A stretch of DNA of 64,000 nucleotides from an uncultured Planctomycetota bacterium (GCA_963845755.1 CAWJTV010000029.1:32001-96000), one strand, 5' to 3'; shown: positions 52,278-63,800, counted from the first letter of the stretch. Made by a program: numbers and translations. Notes: generated by a model not told the origin, from the letters alone.

Positions 52278-54947
52278 TTACGGCCTGGCCGCCGGCTTCA
52301 CCGCGGCCTTCGCTTCTGCCAACTTCTGCTGCCACTCTTTCGCCTTGTCTGGCTGCCTCGTCGCTTCGTAGAGCTGTACGAGCCGTTCCAGAGCCTGGAT
52401 CAGGACTCTCTGGCTCGGCGCGGGAATCTTCGCCTCGCGCTGCTTCAATCCCTGGTAGCCGGCCAGCAGCAGCGGTTCGGCGCCGGCATCGTTTTTCTGG
52501 TCCAGCAGCGCGGCGCCCAACAGGGATTTCGTGGCAAACGTGGTCCAGGCGTTGGGCTCCTTTTTCTCTCGAATCGCCAGGCACTCGCGAAGGAGCGGCT
52601 CGGCCTTGACAGGTTGGCCGGCCCGGATGTAGCCCCTGCCAAGGTTGGTCATAACCACGAGGGTGTGATCGTGGTCGGGGCCGAACTTGGTCTTGATCGG
52701 TTTGAGGATCTCCTCGAACAAGGGCAGGGCCAGGTCGAGCTTGCCGGAGTCCTGGTAGCTCAGGGCGAGACTGTTCATACTTCCAAGCGTGTCGGGGTGG
52801 TCGGGGCCGAACTTCGCCTTCCTCCGCTTGAGCGTCTCCTCGAAGAGCGGCAGGGCCAGGTCGAGCTTGCCGGAGTCCCGGTAGGTCAAGGCGAGATTGT
52901 TCATGGTGGTGAGAGTGTGGGCCCGGTCAGGGCCGAGCTTCGCCTTGGTCAGCCTGACCGTCTCCTCGAACAAGGGCAGGGCCAGGTCGAGCTTGCCGGC
53001 GGCCCGGTAACCCAGGGCGAGATTGTTCATGCTCTGGAGCGTCTCCTCGTGGTCGGGACCGAGCGTCGCCTTCCTCCGCTCGAGTGTCTCCTCGTGGAGC
53101 GGCAGGGCCAGGTCGAGCTTGCCGGCCTCCTGGTAGTCCAGGGCGAGATTGTTCATGCTCTGGAGCGTGTCCTTGTGGTCGGGGCCGAGCGTCGCCTTCC
53201 TTCGCTCGAGCGTCTCCTTGAAGAGCGGCAGGGCCAGGTCGAGCTTGCCGGCGTCCTGGTAGCCCCAGGCGAGCTGGTTCATGCTTTGGAGCGTGTCGGA
53301 GTGATCGGGGCCGAGTTGATCCGTGAAGGTCGTTCGGGCTTTGCTCAACAGCCGAATGGCCTTGTCCGCGTAGCCCAGGCCGAGTTGAGATACACCGAGT
53401 GTTAATTGCATTCGTGCGACGGCCAGGGAGTCGCCGATGACCTCGCCTTCCAGTTCGGTGGTGGCCTGGTCGAGACGTTCGCCCAGCAGGGCCTGAAGCG
53501 GCTTGCCTTCTTGTTCCGCGGCTTCCGGATTCAGGTCCTTGAAGATCGACCCCAGAATCTCATTGGCCTTCTCGATCTGCGTCAGCCGACGCTGGGCCGT
53601 CTCTTTCGCCTGGCGCTCGGCTCGGGCGGTGCGCTCGGCCCGAAGCAACCCCAACGAAGTGCCGATCACTCCGCCCACCAGCGCCAGCAGCACCAGGCTC
53701 GCGGCCAGTACCGGCCCCCGGTTCCGCCGCACGAACTTCCTCACCCGATAGCTGGCGCCCGGCGGCCCCGCCAATACTGGCTGGTCGTCCAGATAGTGCC
53801 GCACATCCGCCGCGAAGGCGCTGGCCGTCTCGTAGCGCCGCGCCCGGTCCTTCTCCAGCGCTTTCATCATGATCCAGTCCAGCTCGCCGCGCATCAGGCC
53901 GCTCAGCTTCTTCGGCTCCGTCCCGCGGTTGGCCGCGATCGACGGCAGCGCCTCCGTCGTACCCAGCCGGGTGCTGGGCCTGGTCGCTTCTTCCTCGCGG
54001 ACGAGCCGCAACAACTCCAGGATCGCGACTTGCTTGATCCGCTTCTGCTCCAGCGGCGTGGTCCCGGTCAGCAGCTCATACAGGAGCACGCCCAGGGAAT
54101 AGATGTCGCTGCGCGTGTCCACATCCAGTTGATCGAGCACGGCCTGCTCGGGGCTCATGTACTCGAACGTACCGACGATGGCCCCGAACTCGGTGTAGAG
54201 TGTCCGCTCCGTCAGCTTGGAACCGGTCGCTTTGGCCACGCCGAAGTCGATCAGCTTGGGCGTCGGCTTGCCGTCGTAAATGCAAACCATGACGTTGGAC
54301 GGCTTCAGGTCGCGGTGAATGATCCCCTTTTGATGGGCGTGCTGGACAGCCTGACAGACCGGAACGAACAGCTCCAGCCGCTCTCGGGGCGTCAAGTGGT
54401 GTTCGTCACAGTACCGGGTGATGGGCACCCCCTTGACGAGCTCCATGACGAAGTAGGGGCGGCCGCTGCCGGTGGTGCCCGCGTCGAGCACCTTGGCGAT
54501 GTTAGGATGGTCCATCAGCGCCAGCGCCTGCCGCTCGACTTCGAAGCGCGCGATGATCTGCCGGCTATCCATGCCGGCCTTGATGAGCTTCAGCGCGACC
54601 TTGCGCTGCACGGGATGGGCTTGTTCGGCCATATAGACGGTGCCCATGCCGCCTTCGCCGATCTCCTGCAACAGCTTGTACGGTCCAATGACGGTGCCGG
54701 CATGCTCCGCCGCCGGAGCGGGCGGCGATTGGGTTGCGTCACCGCTGAGCGGAGGGGCCTGGGTCCTGCCCCCCAGTGGGCCAGCGGGCTCTTCCAGAAA
54801 GCCAGGGTCGGTGGCGTGGGCCTTCAGCAAGGCCTCCACCTGGGCCTTGAGGTCGTCATTCCCGGCGCAGACCGCGTCAAGGTAGGCGGCTTGCTCACCC
54901 GGCGTAGCGAGCTTCAGGGCGTTGCCGAAGATCTGGCTCTCGTTCAC
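52278..54947 (-). CDS. Hanks-type Ser/Thr protein kinase with TM segment and TPR repeats
   Basis: IGEGGMGTVY, VALKLIK, HRDLKPSN, IDFG, GTFEYMSPEQ and DIYSLG; 42-aa LGPDH.DTL.SMNNLA repeats. Confidence 0.95.
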   Translation of the reverse strand: MNESQIFGNALKLATPGEQAAYLDAVCAGNDDLKAQVEALLKAHATDPGFLEEPAGPLGGRTQAPPLSGDATQSPPAPAAEHAGTVIGPYKLLQEIGEGGMGTVYMAEQAHPVQRKVALKLIKAGMDSRQIIARFEVERQALALMDHPNIAKVLDAGTTGSGRPYFVMELVKGVPITRYCDEHHLTPRERLELFVPVCQAVQHAHQKGIIHRDLKPSNVMVCIYDGKPTPKLIDFGVAKATGSKLTERTLYTEFGAIVGTFEYMSPEQAVLDQLDVDTRSDIYSLGVLLYELLTGTTPLEQKRIKQVAILELLRLVREEEATRPSTRLGTTEALPSIAANRGTEPKKLSGLMRGELDWIMMKALEKDRARRYETASAFAADVRHYLDDQPVLAGPPGASYRVRKFVRRNRGPVLAASLVLLALVGGVIGTSLGLLRAERTARAERQAKETAQRRLTQIEKANEILGSIFKDLNPEAAEQEGKPLQALLGERLDQATTELEGEVIGDSLAVARMQLTLGVSQLGLGYADKAIRLLSKARTTFTDQLGPDHSDTLQSMNQLAWGYQDAGKLDLALPLFKETLERRKATLGPDHKDTLQSMNNLALDYQEAGKLDLALPLHEETLERRKATLGPDHEETLQSMNNLALGYRAAGKLDLALPLFEETVRLTKAKLGPDRAHTLTTMNNLALTYRDSGKLDLALPLFEETLKRRKAKFGPDHPDTLGSMNSLALSYQDSGKLDLALPLFEEILKPIKTKFGPDHDHTLVVMTNLGRGYIRAGQPVKAEPLLRECLAIREKKEPNAWTTFATKSLLGAALLDQKNDAGAEPLLLAGYQGLKQREAKIPAPSQRVLIQALERLVQLYEATRQPDKAKEWQQKLAEAKAAVKPAARP
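52660..53320 (-). repeat. 126-bp intragenic tandem repeats encoding TPR units
   Basis: Five near-identical GGCAGGGCCAGGTCGAGCTTGCCGG units at 126-bp period. Confidence 0.85.
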
Positions 54948-55005
54948 GGGATGTCTCCTCCCGACACCAATGCGCCGTCCGGAGAGGAAACCCCCGACGG
55001 TTTTT

Positions 55006-55587
55006 TCAAGTTTTTTCCATTTCGCGTTTCAGCCAGGCCTTGGCATAGGTCCAGTCGGCCTCGGCGGTCAACTGCGAGATGCCGAGGATCTCGGCCACCT
55101 CCGGCAGAGTGAGGCCGGCGAAGTAGCGGAGCTTCACCAACCGGGCCCGGCGGGGTGACGCCGCTTCAAGCCGCGCGAGGGCTTCGTCGAGCGTCAGCAG
55201 ATCGACCGCATCCACCGGCGCCGAAATGGCCGGCTCGTTCCCTTCAAGGGGCGCTTTCCGCAGTTGGCCCGCGTGACGCAGCCGCCGCTTGCGGCGGGCC
55301 GTGTTGACCAGGATCCGCCGCATGGCTTCGGCGGCGGCGGCGAAGAAGTGCCCCCGACTGTCCCAGCGGGGCTCCGCGCCCTCGGACTCACGGTTGGGCT
55401 CCACCATCAGCCTGAGGTAAGCCTCGTGCACCAGGGCCGTGGCCTGCAGGGTCTGGCCGGGCTTTTCCTGAGCCAGTCTCTGGGTGGCAAGCTTGCGAAG
55501 CTCGTCATAGACCAGGGGCAGAAGTTGCTCGGCGGCTTTCGAGTCGCCCTGCTCGATCGCAGAGAGGATCTGGGTAACGACGTTCAT
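55006..55587 (-). CDS. ECF sigma factor of the kinase-associated type (ECF43/TIGR02999-like)
   Basis: LLPLVYDELRKLA...TLQATALVHEAYLRL...HFFAAAAEAMRRILV, LRYFAGLT and W.YAKAWL; directly upstream of the kinase. Confidence 0.92.
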   Translation of the reverse strand: MNVVTQILSAIEQGDSKAAEQLLPLVYDELRKLATQRLAQEKPGQTLQATALVHEAYLRLMVEPNRESEGAEPRWDSRGHFFAAAAEAMRRILVNTARRKRRLRHAGQLRKAPLEGNEPAISAPVDAVDLLTLDEALARLEAASPRRARLVKLRYFAGLTLPEVAEILGISQLTAEADWTYAKAWLKREMEKT

Positions 55588-55932
55588 GGGCGGCGTACCG
55601 AGGACCACCCTTCCGACGACCCGACCGACCCTCGAGCCTCGTTGCTCGGGAGTGATTGAGAAGGGTGAGCGCGGATGGGATCATTGGCCAAGAATGAGCT
55701 TAACCCGCCGCGATTCCGCAACTCGGGGGGTCTTGAGCAACCGAGACGGTCCCCCGTGCTCAGTTTCGTAGGTTTTCCGGTTTTCCGGCTTGCAGAGGAT
55801 GGGAGGGAAGCACTTTCGCGACGTGCTGGGGCGCGGACTTGGAGTCGGGGACAGAGTCTCCTCGGGACCGCCGCCACGGGCATCGTGGCGGGGTCAGGTC
55901 GCGGGGCATGCCGGTCCGATCTTCAGCGTAGC

Positions 55933-57168
55933 TCAGGGAGCCCGGACCAACCGACCCGACCAGGGCGCTCGGCAGCCCACCAAGCCTCGATCCAAGGCCC
56001 GCGCCAACGCGATCAGTGTCAAGGTCGCGCACAGTGCCGGCTTGAGGTCCCTGAGCCAGAAGCTTTGCATCAAGGCATATACCACGAACGACGTCAGCAG
56101 GAAATTGACGATCGCCTGAGCCGCGTGCTTGAAGCAGTGGTTCAAACCCCAATGCGTTGCCAGCGTGTTGAAGCCATCGTTCTCGATGTCCCAGCGGGCA
56201 TGGCCAAACCGCCACAGCCCGCGCGTCGAGAGTGGGACTTCGTCAGCGTCGTGGCCCACGACCAAGTCGTCGTCTCGTCCGTCTCCTGCCACTGGCCGGC
56301 GATCCGCTCTCGCTTTCGCACGGTCTCCTCGGTGCGCGAGAACCGCAGCGGTTGCTGGACGCCTTCGCACGAGGTGAACCCGTCCTCGTCCCAAACTGGA
56401 CGGTGCGCTGCGCTTTCTCATCGACCCAACCACCGGGCTGCTGATGGGCAAACAACCCCGCCGCGTCCTGCACCAGCAGTCGATTCTCTCCCTTGGCCGT
56501 GACGATGACATGCTTCTGATGATCCCGGCAGAAGTTGATGAAGGGCGTGTCGAAGTAGAAGGCGTCGCCGGCCACCACATCGAAGAAGCGAGGATATTGG
56601 GTGAACACCCGTTCGAGGAGTCGCTTGGCGGCGGTCTCTTCCCCCTCGCCGGGCCGGAGCAATTCGACATCCAAGACCAGCGCCAGATCTTGACCGATCA
56701 GATGGCAGACCGCCCCCTGATGATAGAATTCCGTCACCTTCTCCCCATCGACGGTGAGGGTCCGGGTCTGGCAGTCCGGGCAACACCGCTTCCGGCTCGA
56801 GAAGAACTCATGGCCGTCCACCGCCGCGACGTACCAGCCCTCGTGGCTGGTCAACGCCTTGTTCCGCTTGAGTCGGTGGGCGATGTCGCCGACCATGTCC
56901 CTCAGGGGTTGGCTGTCCATCAGCGCATCGATGCGGCCGAGGGAGTTGACGCTGGGGACCTTCGCCCCCACGATGCCTGCAGCCGGGCGGGGATGCGCAG
57001 GTCCGGCTCGAGGTCATTGAGACTGCGGCGGCGGGTGGCGAAGAGCGTAAAGGCACTGGCGAAGGCCGCGGCGGTGGGGATGCGAGGCCGGAGCCGAGAG
57101 TCGGTCAGGGTGAAGAATCGCTCTCCCAACCCGAAGACCTTCTCGACATAGGCACAGAATCGTGCCAT
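55933..57168 (-). CDS. DDE transposase (IS4-superfamily-like), frameshifted
   Basis: AAVDGHE...CC..C, GEGEETAAKRLL, VAGDAFY and GHARWDIENDGFN.L...W.L.HCF across ORFs 56920-57171, 56243-56971 and 55933-56670. Confidence 0.82.
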
Positions 57169-57537
57169 CACGGTGAAGCGGCCTCCGATCCCGAGGGCGC
57201 CTGGCGTTGCGCGAGGGACTGTTTCTGCTGCACGAGGTCCTGGAGGTTGTGCTGAGACATCTCAAGCAGTCGCTTGACCCGGCGCCCGGCCTGGACCGCT
57301 TGGCGGACCGGGTCGTGGAGGGCCTTGGGGATATAGGTGCCGATCTGCTTGCCCTCCGAGCGGGTGTAGAGATAGAGAGCCGGATGCTTTTGGCTACGCT
57401 GGCACCGGCAATACGGCTTACCACAAGAGCGATACCGAAGCCGAGCGAGCCGCGGAGAAACGGTTCGTTGGCGAGGATTTGAGCGGCGGGGAGCGTGCCT
57501 GGCGTTCCGGGCTGGAACGTTGAGTCCGTGAAGTCAT
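57168..57537 (-). CDS. DUF6788-like small Zn-binding protein (frameshifted)
   Basis: Manual translation: EPFLRGSL / RYRSCGKPYCRCQRSQKHPALYLYTRSEGKQIGTYIPKAL...; TGA overlaps the transposase ATG; TATAAT and AGGAG upstream. Confidence 0.65.
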
Positions 57538-57989
57538 CGAGGTCTCCTGTTCTGGGCGAGGAATTATACGCCAGTACAGGTGGCCCAGGTCGAGGCGCGA
57601 GCGAGTGCGAATTTGCTCAGTTGTGCGGAGAGCGATAACCGGAAGACGGATCGGAGGTTATCCCTCCGCAAAAAACTCAATTGTGAGCTTAACCCTCCGG
57701 CGCTCCGAAAGACAGCCACACGAGGTCCGACGAACATCGTCATGAATCGGATTCGACCGTCACTTTTCCCCTGATGACACGAATGTTGAGACTGGTGGCG
57801 AATTCGTCTGCTGGCGGGTTTCCCCTTCACCGTGGTCCCCATCTCTCCCAGGCTCCGGCCGATCGGCCACCGACGGGAATTCGCCACCAGTGTCGCAAGG
57901 TTGGGCGGCTGAGAAGGTCCCAACACGACGCGCGATGGCGGCGAGTTGCCCCGTCTCGGCGCTCATAGATGATCGAGGACCCGGCCCGC

Positions 57990-58201
57990 CAGTGCATGGC
58001 GACACCGCCCTGCCGGGCGAGCAACTGCCCGACGAGGCGAGCGAGTTCTTGCCGCTGGCTCTGTGTGAGTTGGTCCCAAAGGGGCGGTCCACTGAGGTGC
58101 GGACTCGTCCGCTTCAGGGTTGGGGGGGACCGGTCCGGACCCGTGCCTGCGCAGGGTGAAGCTCCTGGTTGTTGAGAGTGGTGCCGCCACCACCGGGTCA
58201 G
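57990..58201 (-). pseudogene. Probable end fragment of another mobile element
   Basis: PLWDQLTQSQRQELARLVGQLLARQ resembles the short ORF I recall upstream of serine-recombinase elements; hairpin GGTG-GCGG-CACC at about 58180-58195. From recall only. Confidence 0.3.
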
Positions 58202-58658
58202 TCCCAGCAATGCCGCAACGGCGATTGTAGGCGGCGCGGCTGAGGCGGGACAGCCGCTCGCATGGGTTGCAGTCTGAAGTTGCTTTGAAGACGCGCCACT
58301 GACGATCCGAGACTACCGACGAGCTTTCGTCTTATCACCATCCACGCACGCATAATTACATGAATGATATCGACCTCGAGAGTGAGACCCGGTCCCACCT
58401 GACCCGGGTTCACTCCGAGGGGTCCGCTTCCGATCGACCACTTACGGCGATCAGGGCTGATCGTCGTCACGACCATCACCGCCCATTCCAGGAATTTCCT
58501 GAATTCAGGCGCTGAGTCCGAACAAAGTGCGTATAATTAGGAATAATGGGACTTCACAGGGGCGTTCGGGGTGCGCAAAGAGACAAAGAAAGCAGAAACG
58601 AGAATGCAGAACAATGAGTGCATGGATCGTGAACGTGCTCGAAACGCCCAGGGCGAAA

Positions 58659-58758
58659 CGACGAAACGAAGCCACAATGGTGTCCAAGATTGCACGATCT
58701 CGACGAAACGAAGCCACTACCGTATCCGACAAGCAGGAAATCGAGGATACGAAGCCAC
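58659..58758 (+). repeat. Three spaced repeats CGACGAAACGAAGCCAC (third partial), 41-42 bp period
   Basis: Copies at 58659-58675, 58701-58717 and 58749-58758. Confidence 0.7.
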
Positions 58759-59174
58759 GATTGTATGGTCTGAGCGGAAAATAACGAATACATCAAGAAT
58801 GGTGACAACAGAAAATCAGATAAAATACGCAAAGAAAGACGACTAGGAAAAATGCACCGATTTTCTGGAATATCGCGGGTTGATGTTGAGTGACGGGAGG
58901 TATCCGGCGTTTCGTGATCACGAGAATGAACTCCTTCTCGCGTTGCTCGTAAATGGGGAGTGAGATGGCGTTCTCCGAGAAAGCCCACCCCGGCCCGATT
59001 CGCCAAACTTCTGGACCCGTTCAGCCGATCAGTAAAAGAAGGTAATTGAGGGGGTTCATGATCACCGAATCGAGATTGCCTGCGTTGACGACTCTACGGG
59101 GATGGGCTATGGTGCGGCCGCCGGTGGGCAGGGCCGGTAGGGGGATGTTGTCGACTGGGGCAGGGAGGCCCACG

Positions 59175-60196
59175 ATGGCGATGATCACGGATTGGTCGCT
59201 GGCCTCGGATACCGAGGCCGAGGGCCTGGCCTTTGCGCGCGAGGTGCTCCGGATCGAGGCGGAGGCGATCGAGCGCGTCCGCGAGCGGCTGGGTGAGGTG
59301 ATCGCGCGGCCGCCGAATTGATCCATCGGGCGACGGGGAACGTGATCGTCACGGGGATAGGCAAGACGGGCGTCGTGGGTCAGAAGCTTGCCGGGACCCT
59401 GTCGTCGACCGGTACCCGGGCCTTTACCCTTCACCCCGCCGAGGCCGTGCACGGCGACCTCGGCCGGATCCGTGCCGACGATGTGGTGATCGCGCTCTCG
59501 CAGAGTGGTGAGACCGAAGAAGTCCTGCGTCTCGTGCCGGCCTTACGCCGGCTGGGGGCCTGCCTGATCGCGATCACCGAGCGGGCCGGCAGCTCGCTGG
59601 GCCGCGCCGCCGATCTGTGCATCGCACTCGGATCGGTCGAGGAGGCGTGTCCGCTGGGGCTGGCACCCACCGCCAGCACGACCGTGCTCATGGCCGTCGG
59701 CGACGCCCTGGCGCTTCTGGTCAGCCGGCTTCGCGACTTCACCGCCAACGACTTCGCCCTGAACCACCCCGCGGGGAGCCTCGGCCGGAAGCTCATGCGC
59801 GTCGAAGAGTTGATGCGTACCAATCGGAAGCTCCGTACGGCCCACGTCGAGGAGTCCGTTCGATCGGTCTTCGTCCGGTTGGCCGGTCCCCGTCGACGCT
59901 CCGGCGCGGTCCTGATCGTCAACGCCCACTCGGTGCTGCTGGGCATCTTCACCGATAGCGACCTGGCCCGGCTCTTCGAGATGCGCCGCGAGGCCGATCT
60001 CGATGGTCCCATCGGGGCCGTCATGACCCCCGACCCTTACTGCATCCGCGTCGGCGCCACGCTGGCCGAGGCGGTCGAGGTGATGAAGTTGCACAAGATC
60101 AGCGAGCTGCCGGTCGTCGACCGCGGCAGCGGGCTGGTCGGCCTCGTCGACGTCACCGACCTGATCGGGCTCCTGCCCGCGGATTTCGAGGAGTAA
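59175..60196 (+). CDS. kdsD: Arabinose-5-phosphate isomerase KpsF/GutQ (frameshift near 59312)
   Basis: VLRIEAEAI, TGIGK.G.VG.KLA.TLSSTGT, HP.EA.HGDLG, EACPLGLAPTAST, HPAGSLG and a CBS pair. Confidence 0.92.
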
Positions 60197-60203
60197 GCGG
60201 CCC

Positions 60204-60725
60204 ATGAGTACGAATGTGCTCGACCGGGCCGAGCTGGCCGAGCGTTGTCAGCCGATCGAGCTGCTGATCGTCGATGTTGACGGCGTCCTGACCGACGGCG
60301 TCATCGCGGTCGATGATCGCGGGCACGAGACCAAGCATTTCCACGTGCGCGACGGGCTGGCGTTCGCCCTCTGGCATCAGGCGGGCAAGCGGTCGGCGAT
60401 CCTCTCGGGTCGACGGACGGCGGCCGTCGATCGTCGAGCGGCCGAGCTGAAGATCCCTCATGTCATCCAGGGGGCGGCCGAGAAGGCCAGCCCCTTTCGC
60501 GCCTTGCTCGAAGAGCTCGGCCTGGGACCCCGGCAGGCCTGCTTCATCGGCGACGACCTCCCCGACTTGCCGGTCCTCCGCGCCGTCGGGCTGGCCGCGT
60601 GTCCCGCGGACGCCGCCGAGGAGGTCCGTCAGGCCGCCCATCTCGTCGCCCACGCGCCGGGCGGCCGCGGCACCGTCCGGGAGGTTGTCGAGGTCATCCT
60701 GAAGTCTCAAGGGAAATGGGTCTGA
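60204..60725 (+). CDS. kdsC: KDO-8-phosphate phosphatase (HAD)
   Basis: DVDGVLTDG, F.VRDG, ILSGR, IGDDLPD and GGRG.VRE. Confidence 0.93.
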   Translation: MSTNVLDRAELAERCQPIELLIVDVDGVLTDGVIAVDDRGHETKHFHVRDGLAFALWHQAGKRSAILSGRRTAAVDRRAAELKIPHVIQGAAEKASPFRALLEELGLGPRQACFIGDDLPDLPVLRAVGLAACPADAAEEVRQAAHLVAHAPGGRGTVREVVEVILKSQGKWV

Positions 60726-60851
60726 GGGTTCGTCCCTGGTCCTCAGACCACCTCATAAGCCGACTCACTGCCTCGAGCTGACACGGGACGCGTGACGTCA
60801 TTCGGATGATCCTCCTGGCGGGGCTAACCCAGGACAAAGGGCTCAGGACGA

Positions 60852-63800
60852 ATGTTCAAGAACCTCCTCAAGGCCGGGATGACATTCTTCCTGCTCCTGG
60901 GGGGCTACTACGCCTACGGTCGGGCCTTCGAGTTCGTGGTCCAGCGGTTGCGCACTCACCATTCCACGTATACTTCCGTATTCCCGACGCGCCAGTCGAA
61001 GTCGAAGCAGCAGGCCACCGCGCTGGCCCGCGAATCCTTCGGCTCGGATCACTGGAGCGTCACGTCGGATCATCTCTACGCCTATTACAACGCCGAGCGC
61101 GGCTTCTGGATGTTCGCCCTCGACGTCGAGGAGATCCAGGAAGAGAACGGCGTCCGATACGACGGCAAGCGGCTGAAGATGAAGCCGTTTGCCATGATCT
61201 GGAATTCGAGCGACCGCAAGAGCCACCAGATGCTCACCGCCGAGAAGGCAACCCTGGACATGAACCAGCCCATCGGCCTGAGCAAGAAGGAGAGCACCGA
61301 GGCGATCAAGGTCGAGCATGCCTTGATCGAACAGAACGTGCGGATCCGCGATGAGCGCGGGACGCCGGGAAAGCTGTCCGACGACATGGTCGGCACCATG
61401 GACTGGGTCCGATATGACGAGGAGACCCAGAAGATCACGACGGCTTCTCACGTCGTCTTCCAGGATCCCGACCAGACGACCATCGGCGACGGCATGCTGA
61501 TCCAACTGACCAAGCAGGACCCGAATGCCCAGCGCGGCCAATCGTCTTCGGGCTTCGGGGGGGCGAAATTCGCGATCCTCGACAAGAACGTGCATGTCCG
61601 GTTGCGGGACATGGGAGACTCGGGCGTATTCCCCGGCGCGGCCCCGAAACCGAAGTCCCCCGCGAAAGGTGCCGCCGTCAACCTCCAGGTTGCCGGCAGC
61701 CCATCATCCGGGAAGTCGGCACCCACGGCCCCGGCCGGTCCGTCGCCGATGGACATCCTGTCCGACGGACCAATGCACGTCGATTTCGCCAAGAACTCAC
61801 CCCCCGTCGAGGTCGGACCTCCGGAGCCGCCGGCCCCCACCTTCGTCCGATTCGAGCGGAACGTCGTCGCCCTCTTCGGCCATCCCGGCCTGTTGCCGGA
61901 TCAGCTCAACTGCGACACCTTGCGGCTGACCCTCGTCCCGCCCACGAAGCCGACGCAACCGAAGCCCTCCCAGTCCGACCAGGGCGGGCCGAGCGATGCG
62001 GTCGCGGCGGTCCCGGGCGACCCCAACGCAACGGCACCTGCCAGCCGGTCGGCCGTGGGCGTGGATCGATCGGAATCCCGGAGTGGTGCCAGTCCTGGCG
62101 GAACCGCGTCTCCGGCCGAGCTCGTGGCCCAGTCCGGCGCCGCGGCGGACGTGAACGCCGTCAAGCCGGGCGCCGGGAAAGACGACGGCGATGGCTCGGC
62201 CCCGGCGGCCGGGCCCAGTCAGGGCCCGTTTGGCAACCTGACCCTCCAGAGGGCCCATGCGACGGGCCATGCCGTCTGGCTCCAACTCCGCGAGCAGGGC
62301 GCCAAGGTGCGCTGCAATGAGCTGATCCACGAGCGCCGAGCACCATACGAGCCCGACATGACCTATTTCCGCGGCGACGTGACCCGTCCGATGTGGCTCG
62401 AGAAGATCGACCGCGAACCGGTCGAGCCCGACGACAAGTCGACGCAGATCGCCGACGGAAGCACGCCGGCCACCAGCCCTGAGGCGCGCGCCCAGGCAGC
62501 CAGGCCGAAGCAAGGAAAGATCACCGGGGTCACCCACGTCGTGACGCTCGACGCGACCCTCCTCGGCCAGGGAAACAACGTGGACCTCGCGGATATCATC
62601 GCACGTGGCCCCGGCAAGCTCGAATCCCGGCCCGACCTCCAGGAACCGGTCGAACGGATCGCGGTCTGGCAGGATGAGCTGAGGATCACGAACATCCTCG
62701 GGCCGGACTCCCAGCTCCTCCAGAAACAGGTCGTCTTGACGGGCACGCGGCCCTACTTCGTCGACGTGGCCCAGAAGACCTCGCTCGACTCGGGCGAGAG
62801 TATCTACGTATGGCTCGAGCCCTCGAAAGTCGCAAAGGGGAACACGACGGGCTCCGCCGGGCGCCGAACTCGCCAACGGTCGACTCCGCCCGCGGAGTCT
62901 CCGGCGATGGCGGGCCGTCGGCCGACCCGGGGACGACCGGCGGCGGGCTCGGAGGCGGCGGACTCGAGGTCAAACGCATCCTGGCCTATCGCGATGTCCA
63001 CGCCCTGGCCCCCGACAGGAAGATGGTAGGACGCGAGGATCTGGAGCTCCGCTTCGTCGAGGCCGACCCCGCCCCGGTCGTAGCCTCGACGACATCGGCA
63101 CCTTCGGAGGTCCCGGCCGACGCCCCGCCACCGGAGGCGGCCCAGGAGAGCCAGCCGACGGCACCCGCCGAAGGTCAGGTCGCGGCCGCCCAGGACGCCG
63201 AAGCCCAGAAGCCGCCGGCCGAGCCCACCATGACCGGCGTGGCCAACCACATCTGGGCCACGGTCGCACGCAAGCCCGGCGCGGGCCTCGATCCCACCTC
63301 GAGCCGGCGGCGAACGCGGCACCGGTCGCCAAGCCGAAGGGCACGACCGGCACCATCGCGGCGGCTGACACAGCGGGAACTGCCGGTGGCCAGGCCGCGG
63401 GATCCGAGGACTCCGACACCGAAGTCCGCGAGGCCTGGCTCCGAGGCAACGTCGCGCTGCACCAGGATTCGCCTCCCGAGAAGCCGGAGAACCCCGACGG
63501 GACCAAGGCCGAGCCCAAGCGGCAGGACATCACCGGCGAAGCGGTCTACCTGGACAACCACAAGGGCAAGGGGAAGATGCTCGCCTGGGTCTTCTACCGC
63601 GACCCGCATCAGCCGCCTCGGCCGGGCCCCCTACCTTGGGCTCGGGTCACCAACGGCGACAGGACGATCCGTAGTGAGACCATTCGGCTCGACCAGGAAC
63701 ACGACAAGGTCTGGGGCGATGGACCGGGCGTGATGACCCAGTGGACCGACCGAGCCCTTCTGGCGGACAAGGCGGAGGAGCCGGCGGGCGAATCCGACGG

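Larger units (their letters stand above)
55695..57695 (-). mobile_element. Insertion sequence: DUF6788-like ORF + DDE transposase, bounded by 12-bp direct repeats
   Basis: TGAGCTTAACCC at 55695-55706 and 57684-57695 flanks both ORFs; no obvious TIR. Confidence 0.7.

Noticed and set aside
52660..53320. DGR template/variable repeats
   Set aside because: In-frame 126-bp TPR coding repeats; no reverse transcriptase and no adenine-specific variation noticed.
57562..58539. 10-bp inverted repeat AATTATACGC as element ends
   Set aside because: Each copy contains a TATAAT box and is more simply a promoter; too short to define an element.
58659..58758. Mini CRISPR array
   Set aside because: Only 2.5 repeats of 17 bp, non-palindromic, and no cas genes in the window.
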